A stretch of 62,287 bases of DNA, counting the filler, from Nemertoderma westbladi (lineage: Eukaryota > Animalia > Xenacoelomorpha), in the NCBI GenBank assembly GCA_032718475.1. It is 3 parts of 3 records of this genome, joined end to end, with 100 filler letters (N's around TTAATTAATTAA, not from the genome) between each part and the next. Parts side by side here need not be neighbours in the genome. Positions count along the whole stretch, not along the records: positions 24,116 to 52,911 come from JAUCBJ010008964.1; 2 more parts are not named here. One strand, given 5' to 3'. Shown piece by piece: positions 36,944 through 50,460 of the stretch (position 1 is its first letter; every line of letters begins with the position of its first letter). Position numbers and translations under genes: made by a program. The notes beneath the pieces are model-generated. The model searched no databases. It saw only the letters and a list, made by a program, of their open reading frames with translations, and was not told the DNA's origin.

Positions 36944-39900
36944 TTAAGTCCATCGAAAAAAGTTAATAACATTAAATTGAAATATGTAAGAATAAACAAA
37001 GAAAATATAATCGAAGAAATATAAATATTAATCAGACAGAAAAATTAAAATTTTATTATTTTTATTTAATATTCTTAATATATACATATATATTTTCTTT
37101 AAATATAAATGATTGGATACTAATCTAGAAACTATATGCAACCAATAATGGTAAAGGGAATGTATAGACACCAAGCAGAAGCAAGAAGCATATTTACATT
37201 ATATACATGAATATACTTGATGAATATATGAATATGGCTTGATTCTGTGGTAAACTGTCTTCCATATTAATATAAAAACTGCAAAATTCAACTAATAATT
37301 ATAATAATCAGTATGTACAGTGGTATGATGTATGTAGAACCACTCAACAATATAAGTGAATTTATTTACTCACTTAAATACTCATGATGCTCAGTGCGAA
37401 TTCATTGAATAAAAAATGGAAGGAATTACTTGCACAAAGAGTATATAAGACGTCAGTCAACTTTTGCGGAAAGGATGAAAACCAGAATCTACAGATGTCT
37501 TTGGCTCTCAAGTGCTACTACAGGCCTGAAATGGACTTGGAATATACCGGTTATAGAGGAGGAGGGTGATTTGTTTTGGAAAACCTTCAGACAATGTATC
37601 ATTCTGACTCATTGTATCATCTATGACAATGAGGGAAAATCAGTGCCAACCATGAGAGAAGTCAAAATAAAACACGGCCAAGATTTCATAGATCATTGAG
37701 CCTACTTAGCTGCTATGGTGATCTTCGTGTAACCAGCAGGAAACACTCCATCCAGTGGGTAGATCAGATCAAGGTGATGCAGCGATATCAAACTGAATAC
37801 CCTAAGCAAGAACCTAGGAGATCTTTTGTTATCATTCTCAGCAACTTGGATGGGTTGGTCTTCATCTGCCATATTTTGGTGGACCCAGCCAACAGGAGCA
37901 CTTTGGATGCTACTAGTGGAAATTTAAAATGAAATCATTAAGATTGGCTCTGATATCAAGGCATACCTTCTTCGAGGTGACCACATTCAAAATGGGCCAA
38001 TCAAAAGGGCCCCCTGGGCAATTTTCTTAACGTAGACTAGGTAAACCATCACCTTGTTATGTGGAGCCCTTCATCGTGATCAAAATGATACAACTTCGTA
38101 AATATTCATTCTAGAACATGAAAATAATTTAAAAATTTGTTCACCAGTTTGTTGCGAAGGCGAGTTGATTCTATCAGTCTATTGGTTATCTGGTTTCTGG
38201 CTTCCTGCATATCAAGCTGACAGCTGAGTCTGATAGCCTAGTTGGCAAAGCAGGGAAAGAGCTTCCCTTTCCCTCCATTGCTAATAAAACAGTTTATTTG
38301 TCAAATGGGGGAGGGGGGGGGGGTAAATTACACTTGTTTCACATCAAATATAAAGGGGCCCTGGATTTTCCACAAATATGTTACCCTGGGCCACTTCTTC
38401 CACTCGATGGGTCTGTCAAGAAGTATGACTGGCTTTTACGAGGTCAGGAGTATAAAGGATATCAGATATCTGGTAGTTTTAAATGGGGGACTGGACTTCA
38501 AGCCACAGAAGTTCAAGAACTTCATGAAGATGTACAACCTATATGAAAATATTGTGGTGGCAAATTAACTCCACAAGACACCCAATATGATGAGATGTTG
38601 ACTGTGACTGGAAGATCCACACCCACTGGGACAAGAGCAACCACCATAACTATATCTATATGCCATGGAGTCATAACTTCCTAGCAAACTAGGCAGTTTC
38701 GACTGGCTGCCTTCCATGAATACGAGTTGAATAATGTTCTTGATCATGCATTCCAAGCTGTCATTAATACCCTGCAGGAGGAATCATGTAATTAACTTTT
38801 GAAGTCTAAATGGACCTTCCAATATTACAACAATGGTGGAGACTCTTGTCTTCGATGGTCTGGAGATCTTATTACTCCTAGCAGTCTACTACTTATTCCT
38901 ACCTCAAAACATCAACTTGAACTTGAAGCATTAAAGAGGCAGTCAAAGTAAATGGTGATGACTGAACCTGAAAAGGACTCAGGACCTATGAATACATTGG
39001 TTCGTCTCAAGGTCGGATGATGCTGTAAGATCCGAAATTATTTATTTGAAGAATATATTCTTAGGAAAACAGATTGAGTTGGAAGCCCTGGGTGTCTGTT
39101 CTCAAAGACAAGTTAGCAATGGAACAGAGAAGTAAATGCTACCCTAAAATCCGAGATGGTAGACTGCAATTAAATGAAAGCACCCACCAACACCAATTGC
39201 TACAAGTAACAGGTATACCAAGTGAGGCTAAGTATTCCCTGAGGCATCTAGGAAAGTTAAACCCATTGTACAGTCAGGTAATAATAGAACACGGCCCCAA
39301 CAGACTTTGAATCACTTTCATTCTGAATATGAAAGGGATATTGCTATAACAGGTGCGAAGCTTCTCTCAAATAAAGGGTCACGAAGTTTAATAATTTAGT
39401 TAAGGAAATATAAATAGCTCAGAACAGATCACCATACTTGTCATAGGATACCTTAATATTGGGGTGACCTTCTTTGAATTCATTGTAAACTTTTATTATT
39501 GTGAACCAACTCAGCATATATCACTTATTTGGCATATGCTCGTACCTGTAATGAGAGATTTGAGGTTTGAATGACTCAATAATATGTTCTCGTATGGGGG
39601 TCTCATCTATCTTATTGCTAGGGTCATGATGACTTTGTGAGTCATGATATGGTTCAACAGATTCAATTAATCCACACATGTAATATAGTCTTCAATACTA
39701 TTATTCTTAAGCCCCGAAATCCGTATATTAGCAAAATAAAGTAGATATAAAACAACTTATAGCACAAAGTACAAATTGCACCACTCTAAAAGGCCCAACA
39801 CCAAGCGGGTGGGAGATCAATACCGATCCGGTAGGTCAGATCCCTGTAAACCTGCACCGTCCCCAAATCCAAGACCCTGCCACGGCCGACGACCACCACG

Positions 39901-41729
39901 CACACAGAGGGAGTTGGAACGGAGTAAGGAAAACTGGAGGCGCCTCCGAACTCCACCCAAGACACAGGCGAGGCGGCGTTCCCCCATACTTTGCCGTCGC
40001 GAGACTAAGGTCGACTAAGGTCTTCAATACTTGATTATTTGTTGACTTACGACAATGAGATGTTAGCAAATAGAGTCAAATTACAAGAGTTCTTGTACCT
40101 TTCCATTCTGTCCTGCCATGTGCGAGCTCTTTTCTTTTTCGCAGGTTTACTTCTCTTTTTGTTTTACCTTTCCACGAACATCATCAGCATCGATGGACGA
40201 TTCACTGGTATTTCCAGACGAGTCATCATTATTCATTGATGACTACTCTATAGGTTAATCCTAATCCAAATCAGCTGGGTCTCTATTCTAGATGGAGTAT
40301 AAATTACTTTACAATTTTCTTCAGTGGACAATGATATTCAATATGGAAACATTCTCCACCGGTTCCTCTATTTCGTCGGGTTCCTGCACCTCTGGGGAAC
40401 CAAAACTTTCCCAATGTCTATTGGTTCCCCTGGTGTGTCATTATCAGGATGAACGAACATGAATATCAAATCCATGAAACCTTCCAGTATCCAACATCAG
40501 TATAGTGCAAAATCACAAATTAGACAGTAAAATTTAAATTTTTACAAAAATCTGAGAATTAAAAACATAGGGTGTTCTGTTCAGCCACATGCTTCTGTAA
40601 TAAAATCTAAAGGATTTAAAATTACCACTACTTTCTGAAAGGATTACCTTACATTAAAACTAAGTCTAGCACGCTATTTCTTGATTGGTGCTAATTTTGT
40701 TGAATATAAGTATTGTGTGTTGACTTAAAATCTTTCATGGCAAAACACCTTATCCATAGGCACAATGTGTTCAAACCACCTCTGTTGCCTAAATATAAGA
40801 TAAGGTGATGTTCCATCCAGTGGTAGGCTTGAGGTTCCCCTATGGGGTGATACGAAATCGAAAATAGCCACTTTGTTTCAAAGAAGCTTCCAAATTATGT
40901 TTCAAAGTTACTTCCTTCCTATTTAATGTGAAAATAAGAGGTTATAAGAGAAGTGGATTAGTCTAATAAAAAAAATTTTAATTTTCGACAATGGGTGTTT
41001 TGCCTTAGGAAGGCAGAACAGTGATATGATGGGAACAACTAACACCTACCCCCACTATATTGAGTATCATCTATCAGATGGTTGGTGTTTTGAATTCCCG
41101 TTTTCATGGTAATGGGTTGCTATGGTTGTTACTGCAAGAACAAATGCACCTACAGTCATTGAAACACATAATAAAACATTTCCAAGGCCCATAGGCCTTG
41201 AACTTCCCCAGGAGCCCGTAGTAATAGCTCCTCAGTGTAGTTGTTTCTAACTTATCATAGTCCCATATCTCTGAATCCATTAAAATGGAATGATAGCAAT
41301 CTCATTAGCTGATCCTAAAGTGGTGTGGTACATCCCACAAGGATGCCACCTGGCAAGTGACTTGTATGGTATGTATATATAAATATATATATATATATCA
41401 TAGTGTGAATATAATTTTTGAACTTTGCTTCCAACCAATGGTGCACAACCTGGCTTTACAATATACTACTACTACTAGGTCGAGCGAAATCGGACAATGG
41501 AAATGAGACCCTTCCAGGCTTCCCGATTTTCCATAGTTGTTGCAATTTCGTTTCTCCCAAGTCCAGTATACCTTTAAAGTTGGTCTATATATGTCATAGC
41601 CAGTCATCCACAGCTGCCCTTTCCTTGTTTTGGTTACGAGAAAAGTAGATCTGGTATAACCTCATGTTTACTTATAAGGCAGTGCCCACTGAATCTTCCT
41701 ATGTGTTCATGGAGGGTGGTTGATACAGA

Positions 41730-42500
41730 TTGTATTGTACCATAAAGCTCGGGATTTGCCATATGTTGTCTCCAGCTGATGTTTAGGGCTGCCCTTAGTA
41801 GTCTTGTGTAGCAACCATAAATTCATTGTTCAAGTGACTACGTCAGTGTCCAGGCCTCACACTCGTATAAAAATACACTTTCCACTGTGGTTCGAAAGAA
41901 CTTAGACTTTAGGCACCTGGAGAGGTTTCATTTCCAGTTGGTATACATTTTTTATAGAGTTATCCATGCTTTTGCTTTCGTAATTTCTGTCTTCTATGCT
42001 GCTCTCTATCCATGACCCAAGGTATTGGAAGTCATCAATGCCTTTTAGTTGATTATTATCAATGGTGAGTGGTCAGTCTTCCATTAACATTAAGTCATGT
42101 TTTCGGTTTAAATGCAACCCTATCCCATTAGCACGTTTTACATTTGTCTAGTAGAATAATATTAGAAATCATGTCATTGGCAAAGTATAAGCATTGGCAA
42201 GGGTATCTGTGACCATGTGAAGGATATATACTGCTTCTACATTTCAATAGTGTGAACCAAATCTTCACCAGTTGTGGCTATCCTCATTCTATAATTGCAT
42301 CAAATACAATTATGAATAGTAATGCAACCAATAATGTATTATGCCCAATACAATAATATAATAAATGTATTGCCTTCACTACACCAACCACTTTCAAACT
42401 GAGGCAGCAGTACCAGAGCTTCTGTGTTATAATATAATAATCCAATGCCACCACCAATAATGATCTGTTATCCTATAAGCTCTTAGTATGAAAGTACACT
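41730..42500 (-). mobile_element. Old, highly degenerate RTE-group RT fragment
   Basis: Minus strand reads GIDDFQYLGS at ~42040-42013; similar to the fragment at 2380-2510. Confidence 0.65.
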
Positions 42501-42537
42501 TTCCAGGCTTTACAATAAATTATTAAAATTGTGTATG

Positions 42538-42628
42538 TGTGTGTGTTTTGCTGGTTTTAGGTGTAGTTTCTTAGTTTAACATCTGTCCTTAGGGTAGCTG
42601 ATGAGCCAATCCTGGCGAAACACATGCA
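42538..42628 (+). ncRNA. Degenerate type III-like hammerhead ribozyme
   Basis: CUGAUGA (42598-604), stem II GCCA-AUCC-UGGC, GAAA. Stem III ACACAUGCA can pair with upstream UGUGUGUGU; GUU site at 42545-47; weak stem I UUGCU/GGUAG. Confidence 0.5.
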
Positions 42629-42937
42629 AAAATGTAACTAATAAATATTTGGTCACACCATGGTATCTAATTTTACTTACAGTATTTAACAGGGTATACT
42701 TTGTGTCCCTGTTTAAATAAAATGATTACTACTTACGGTTGAGTTGAACAGATAGGAACATGTTTTTTCTTTGTTTCCAATTAAGGAAAAGTTTTTTAGC
42801 ACAATATTGGCTTGATTTAATTCATAACATACCTATTTTCAATAAATATATATATATATCATATACATAATATACAAAAATTTAGCATATTAAGTTTCCT
42901 ATTATAGAAAAGAGAAGATACTTGGATGCAAGGGATG

Positions 42938-43510
42938 TATTTCATTTCATTTCATTTGTTTAATTCGCATGTATTGACAAAATAATATACATTATATAAA
43001 TGTGTATGCATTACACATGGGTTCAATAATCTAGAAAATATTGCACAATTCTACATAGATATTACACTTTCTGTTTCATAAATTAAACATGATAGAGTGT
43101 TCAAAACAAATTCCGCCTAAAATGGCAATAAATAAAATCAATTAGATGAAAATGCAGAAAAAGACCTTATAGTACTTTTAAAATAAATACTTTTAAATAT
43201 AATTCATGTTTGAACATACTATATTAAAAAGAACCCAGTAAAGGATAAGGATATCTGGTCCCCGTTAAGAGCAATGTTTACTCTTGATTACAATATTGCA
43301 GTATTCTATTTCTCTTCGCAGTGTAGGGAATCTTACAATTAAAGCAGTTTCGGAGGAAGCTCTGACTAATTTGGACAGCAGTAGACCACTGGGCATAACG
43401 CGAGATTTCAAATTGTGCCGATGGTATTTGGAGAGAATGAGTGAGATCATGCTGGGGAGTGCATAGTTTTGTAAATCCACCCTATAAGTGCTGCACAGCG
43501 ACTGGCTCCT
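42938..43510 (-). mobile_element. Possible CR1/L2-type LINE 3' remnant
   Basis: (TGAAA)n tail on the minus strand at ~42939-42956; ORF remnant HNLKSR..IVRFPTL at 43480-43265. Confidence 0.4.
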
Positions 43511-43864
43511 GTGATATTTTCTATAATAATATATAATAATAATAATAATAGATTAAATGAAAAGCGATGTGGATAAAATATGAAATGAACTTGTTAGGAC
43601 ATGAGACTGCTCTCTGTAACAGTCCAAAACCGTCAGTGTAAATCACGGATGTAATCAGAGGAGTGTGGAGAAGACCATAGAGCGGTATAGAGAACGCTTT
43701 GCATATCGAAGTTTAAATTACGAAATGATGGATATACTGTTGTTCGTTTCTCACCAATTTCATTTTCTTCCATAATTGGTCCCCGGATAATTCATACCCA
43801 TAGAAAAAATATGAATTTTAAAAATGGGTCCAAATTGCCCGGGTCCGAATTGTCCTACATCCAG

Positions 43865-43965
43865 AATAAATGGAGCTGTTTGGAACACATACTCACACTA
43901 AGGATGATTATTGATTTTGCCAGGAGATTAAAGCTGAAACTTTTCATGGTGTTTATCGATTTTAA
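43865..43965 (+). mobile_element. LINE RT fragment
   Basis: SCLEHILTLRMIID..LFMVFIDF is the RT segment preceding the KAFD motif; truncated by the next element. Confidence 0.6.
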
Positions 43966-44845
43966 CACGTTCGTGGGGCCTTCGCGGAGCACGAGGCCAG
44001 TTATGAAATACAAATTAAAATTGAGCGACTGTATCACAAAATCAGTATTTGAGAAATTTAACCATACCGCCAATCAATGGACAGTATGTGTTCAGCCCTG
44101 TTCGCAGAAACTGTAAAGGAAGAAATTAATTTTCTTTCATTGCTGACAGGAGCGAGGAAATGCGGTAGTGCTGTCATAGTTCAGTACCGTACCTGTAGTT
44201 ATGTAGTTGGCAGTTGCTACTGGTCCGGTCAGCCGGTTGTACAGTCTGACAGTAGTAGGGTGGTACGGCGCCAACAAAACTAATTCAGGACCGCAGTCCG
44301 CACTGCAGTGCATGGCTAATTAGGGCCTACAGAATTAGGCCTGTCCTGTACCAGTATACGTGATCTATAATCACTGCACCAGTACCGCGGTACCAGTCAG
44401 CCAGTACCGTAAAACACCGAATACAGTATGATAGTATTGTCTGATTCCGATTCCTGGATTCAGGGATTGAGTATAGTACCAGTACAGTCAGAAAGGCCAC
44501 AATGGTATTACTGTAATTTCGTAATTTGCCAGAAACCCAGCTGATTTAGACTCCTAGCAACCAGCTGATGCCAAGCCTAATAATTTTTGGGTAAATGAAT
44601 TTATTATATCTGCAAGACAGTTACACAGATGCTGCACGAAGACCCCACGCAAATTCAACTTGGAAAATTTCTAAACTTTTGCCAGACTACATATGTACCA
44701 AGTTTGGATATATTTTATCGAGATTTGGCTGAGTTATTAACGTTGGACACAACAGATCAACAGAGCAACAGAACAACAGACACACCGATTGAGTTAGTGG
44801 TACCTGTATGCTAAGCTCGCTTACTTTCGTTGCTCGCCCCACAAA
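43963..44845. mobile_element. Non-autonomous DNA element (gtgggg / ccccac ends); a related inverted end occurs at ~52666-52740
   Basis: 44795-44843 (tatgctaagctcgc..gctcgccccacaa) is an approximate reverse complement of 52667-52715. Confidence 0.5.
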
Positions 44846-45636
44846 GAGCAGGGTAGATGTTAATTATAATTTGACTTCAACAAATACACAGTTAAATAAC
44901 TTTTTGCTTTGCTTTTACAAGTGGATAAAATTATAGACGTTTATTCAAAAACTTCAGAGAAAAATTATTAGATTTAGATTTGATTGATGTTTTTAATAAG
45001 ATGTAAATTTTAAACACATCGTCCTCATTTTCATCTTCATTTAATCTTAAAACGAAATCTGTAACAATTGACATATTACCGTCCGCTATATGAGTTACAA
45101 AATTGTAGGCAAATGTAATACTCCAACTTTTAGGTGTTTACAACGACACAAACTATGATTTGTTTGCTACATCATAAAAGTATCAACTATCCACGCACAT
45201 ACACCCCAGACAGATATCAGCCTGAGTTCAGAAATTCACATGTGCAGTAACTGCAGCTGCGTTTATAAAATTGATCAAACTGAATTCATCTGCATCTATA
45301 TACTATAGTCTAGCCCGTACTGTACTGTAAAAATATAATGAGATGTATTCAACAAAGCTGATATACCAAATCAACAGAAATATATAATTGCATGTATTAC
45401 TTTAACGAATATTATAATAAATAGCCCAATTATTTATTGCATCATGCCACATGCAAGAAAATAATGTAAATCAATAGGAAATACACATGTCTGTCACCCA
45501 CGCAAAATCATATATATATATATCTTCAAACAAAAAGTTACTTATCACAACTTAACGTTTTTAAAGTTAGAAGTTTTAAAACAAAACGTCCAAACGTTGT
45601 TTATTTGTTCAACAAACTCAATTCGAAATATCCACA

Positions 45637-48600
45637 ATGAAAATCCTCTTGTGTCTCACTGTCTTGGCGATGGTGCATGTTGTATCCGGTGGTGTTCAAA
45701 CTTTTGTTGCTCAAGGAGGAACTGAAGCTAGTCCACCTTCTTCAGGTATTATTATCTTCACGTTATTTTCGGAAAAATGTTAAAAAATCTATCATGTGGG
45801 GGGGGGGGGGGGGGTATGGTAGTCTTAAACACAATCCTCTCATATTCTCAATTCTTATGAATTTGTACAACATGTTTGATCATGGAAATTATGTTAAATA
45901 GTTTGACAACTTTTGTAGTACAAAAAGAGTGTGATTTTTGTAATACAAAAATGTTTATTAGGGAACGAAATAAAGTAAAGTAAATTGAATTCTCAGCAAT
46001 GATATGTACTGTATTTAACTGAAATATGGAAATATCTTTCAGTATTATTGTACCATATTATATTACTGATGGCCAACAATCCCGCCCCCCACATATGCTA
46101 CTGTATATCATTAGTCCATACGACCTTGGACAGAACTTTACATGCCGCTTTACATGTCATTTATCAGTTAGGAGAAGTCTGTGCAAACAAAATCAAATGC
46201 CAAGAGGCCGGCTTTCTGTAAAATACGCAACACAATGAAAATTGGCGCAACGCAATGACGCAACGAGAATTGCGCGTTGTTTAAAAACAGTTTGATACTG
46301 ACAGTTTGGCCCAGACTCACACAGTACATTAGTAGAAAGAGGCCTACTTGAAGCCAAACCGTACCGCCGATTGCAATAAGGCCCTACTAAAACTCATGGG
46401 GGGTGCTGCTCTTACAGTGTCTGTGTAATAGAATACAAATTCATAATTGAAACTGTAACCTAACCTCTAAATATATGTCCTATCTTTTATCATACCTTAT
46501 TAAAGGCAATAAGGCAAATGGAAATGTTTTATTAAGTTGATATAAGGGAAATGTTAATTCAACGTAATAGTTAGATTAATTAAATATGTTAACGTTTACA
46601 TGCTCACATGCATACAAGCTCTTTTTTAAATAATGTATCATCCATATTCACTTTTTAATTTTACACTCACTCAGTTTTTCCCGCAGGAAAAAATACAGAC
46701 CTATGTTACATATTAATTTGATATTTTATGAAGCTTGCTGTGAAAAACCTGATTACAACTTCAATTGCCCAGGCTGGGCGGCAGATGGCCAATGTGGAAC
46801 AAACCCGAGTTACATGTACGAAAATTGTGAAACTTCGTGTAACAAATGTGACGATGGGACAGGTATGTAAATTGAAAAGTATTAATATAAAGTATTAATG
46901 GCAGATCTTTGTACAGTCTGGTAACTTGTGAGACGTTGCTGATAAAGGTCAACCAGAAAGTATCAAAAAGCCGGCAAGTGTGGATTGCATAGTGATGGCA
47001 AAAATAGCAAGAATATATCTCAATGTGCAGCTTCAATGCAGCAGACCTATTAAGTAGTAGTAACAAAAGTCTCAGTTAGTTGTGACAGTTACATATAACT
47101 ACAATATCCATTATGATTTAGTTGTCACTGTAAGTCATAACATGATGTTCATTGTATTGTTTCAGTGTGTCATGAACGGCCCGATCTTGACGCGAACTGC
47201 CCAGGTTGGTCTGCTGATGACCAGTGCACAGAAAACCCAGCATTCATGTACAACTACTGTCAGACTTCCTGCAACTATTGCAATGATGGAGAAAGTTTGT
47301 AAACCTTATTTATTATCAATAATTGTTGTGATATGTAGAATTTCGGTTGATATTATTAAAAAATAATCAAAAAGTAAACCCAAAGAGCGGTTGTGCAGCA
47401 GATGTTTTTTTTTCAAGAAATACGTAATTTTATTCACCTAAATAATTTAATAAAAAATATTGCTCTTATGCTCCGCTTTTAAAGTGAAATGTCACGATTT
47501 TTAAGAGTGCGGGGAGGGGAGGGGGGGGGGGGGGGGATAACAACATACATATAAATAAATATAATTAACTTTATCTCTGACAAAGAACCGACTCACTGGT
47601 GAGCAGTAGCACATGCACATATTGTACGTATCTTATTGCAAAAGCACACTAAGTTTAATTGAAATTATAAAATAATTTATTGATTTAAATAATTAAAATG
47701 TTATAGTAATAAAATGACTTCCCTAAGATTGCGTTGAGAATAAGGATGACTATGAGAATTGCTCAGGGTTTGCTGCTAATGGCGACTGTGTAACCAACCC
47801 AGCCTGGATGTATGTCCACTGCCAAACTTCCTGCAACAAATGCGACGATGGAGAAGGTAAAAGAAATATTAAGGGCATTTTATATTATTATATTTCTTAT
47901 TTACACTTGCCGGTACCGGTAGCAGCCACTTAGTCAATAAAACAGGTCTTGCATTTCAAAACCCAGTATCTCTTTTTCGTATATCACTTGACTCAGGTTA
48001 CTATACTGTGTCTGTCTGTGAAGTTTTTGAAATTACAATATCAGTGAATTTTAAGCACATTCTTCCAACCAAAACACAGTACACGATCTATCGAATACAA
48101 AATACATATAAGAAATACTTGTAACAACCCAGAATCTCTAAAAAGTTACATGCCAAAACCCAGTATCACTGACTATGTCTTATTTCAGGAGTAATTATTA
48201 TATTATAGAAAACGAAATGTAGATCTTTAAATGGTCAGCTTAATTAACCAATGGCTTAACTTGCTGGAAGACCGGGGTGCGGGTGGAAACTTGAAGAAAA
48301 TCCCTTCTAAGCAATTTAATATCTCTCGCGAATTAACAATGTTAATTTTCCACGTTATTCTAACGAATATTATAATTAAACGAAATTCAATACCACAGGT
48401 TATAGATTCATTTTTGGTTGTAAGCAGATGTTATTTGTGTCGATTTTCCCATGAGAGGATTGAAAACGAAAGGGAAACACAATTTGAAAAATTAATTCAA
48501 GAATAATAATTATCAATTACCTTTTGTTACAGATTGCGTTGAAGCTGAAGATGATCACAATAACTGTGCTGACTGGGCTGCTGAAAGCCAATGCACAGAT

Positions 48601-48654
48601 AACCCAGCTTACATGTATGTTCACTGTCAGACCTCCTGTAACAAATGCGGATAG
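45637..48654 (+). CDS. Secreted protein with four ShKT (ShK toxin-like) domains, 205 aa; exons 45637-45745, 46734-46862, 47166-47294, 47728-47856, 48533-48654
   Basis: Signal peptide MKILLCLTVLAMVHVVSG. All introns are GT-AG and phase 1. Each later exon encodes C-x8/9-C-x2-W/F-A/S-x4-C-x2-NP-x-Y/F/W-M-x3-C-x2-SC-x2-C. Total 618 nt in frame to TAG. Confidence 0.92.
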
Positions 48655-50039
48655 ACGAATTGATGAAAATAACTCTACATACAAAACCATCTATAAGTAA
48701 ATATCACGTGGTGGTTTGGTTGCTCAATAACTGCAATTCAGTAGAATGGTGGTATATAGAATATTTATTTCTGGTGAAGGGTTCTGTTATTCAAGTATAT
48801 TAAAACACCCACAGACCAGATCGTTCATATTAAAACTCGAAACTTTAAATATATTTAGTTTGAAATTAATAACATTGTGGTAATCGAGCGAAGTGAGGGA
48901 AGTGCAGAAGGAAGTGTCTATTCTTACATTGAAGAGGTTAATGAAACAGAGTCCATCAATAACGCTGTTAATGAATCTAGTGGTGTAGAAATTCTTATTA
49001 AAACTGGAGAGAATAACTGTGGTTGAAAACTGCCATATTAATTAAATAATTTAGAGTTTTTATATATTTTCCGGAGGGTTATTATTTATCTCAACATAAA
49101 GTTCATCCGTTGCAAAATTGTTATTGATCAACACCACCAAAATACCTAAGTATTTATTGAGGGTAAATTATTGAGGAAAGGCACAAATAATGGCCAATCT
49201 CAGTTGTAAGGAATCTTCTTAACGTTTTTTCCCGCTATATATTGAGGAAAAAAGTTATTACAAAATAGTAGAAACAATTATCTATCTATTATTTTTCCAG
49301 TTTAATCTATAATTTTTTCTGTATTTTATATCAGGGAATTAATAATTAATTTGATATAATTAATAGGTAAACTACTATTAATAGGTAAAATTACACAATC
49401 TCGCTGCATCATTTGGTGCTATATTGTAGGTTATGTTTGATTAATGTTCTTAATATTTACACAACCACCCAATTTGCACCAACAATTTACATCTCCCTAT
49501 TTAAATATATTGCACCACAAAATAATCAAATAACTCAATGTAAAAATGTAAAACACATCACATGAAATTAAATTTTTCTAGAATCCCCTTATGTATTATA
49601 TTAGGCCTATATAATGTATTATTATTTATTATTGCTAGCTATCTATATTTATTTTCTTTTGACTTTGACCTTGACTTTGACTCGGTAGTGTAAGCGCGGT
49701 CTTAAAATTTTTGAAATTTTCCAATTAAATTATCATGATATCTAGTACAATTTATGGTAGCTAATAAATAATAAAAGCAATGATTAAAGTAATTTCAACA
49801 AGAAATTATTTTTAAAATTTTAAATTTTTATTGTTTCACTAGCTAATAAAAAGTACTAGCTAACACAAAATCAAAATTTCTAGCTACAATCTTACAGTCA
49901 AAATATCAAATGTTCTAGAATAAAAACCTCCTGATAAAAGCTATTTTTCAAAAGAAAAAATTTGACTTCTGGATTTCTCTCACAATAAAACCGCTTTATT
50001 GTTTAATTTAATTTGAATATATTTATAAAAACCTTTAAA

Positions 50040-50460
50040 AAGGATTGTCCCATGCAAGACAATATTCCATTGGAGCCACTAAAATTCAAAATGACCTCTA
50101 TTGGACAGTGTTCATAAAGGGCCACCAAAAAATGAAATGGCTCTTAAAAGACATTGTCCATTAGAGCCACTTAAATATGAAATATATTTCATATATATTA
50201 GGCAATGTTCCCTTAAAGCCATTCAAATATGAAATGGCCCATATTGGATAGTGTCGCCTTGGAGCCACTCAACTATAATGTGGCCCGATATTAGCCAACT
50301 TTTATCAAACGCCTTTGAAAAGGCAATGGCCCATGCAAGACCATGTTCCATTTGAGCCACTAAAGTTCGAAATGGCCTTAATTAGTCACTGTTCATAAAG
50401 GGCCACTAAAAAATATAATGGTTCTTACAAGACAATGTCCCCTTGGAGCCACCCAAATGA
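50040..50460. repeat. Degenerate ggccac/gagccact-rich repeat block
   Basis: Recurrent ttggagccact, aaatggcc and aagacaatgtcc motifs; an oppositely oriented ggcc-rich block occurs at ~51460-52250. Confidence 0.55.
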
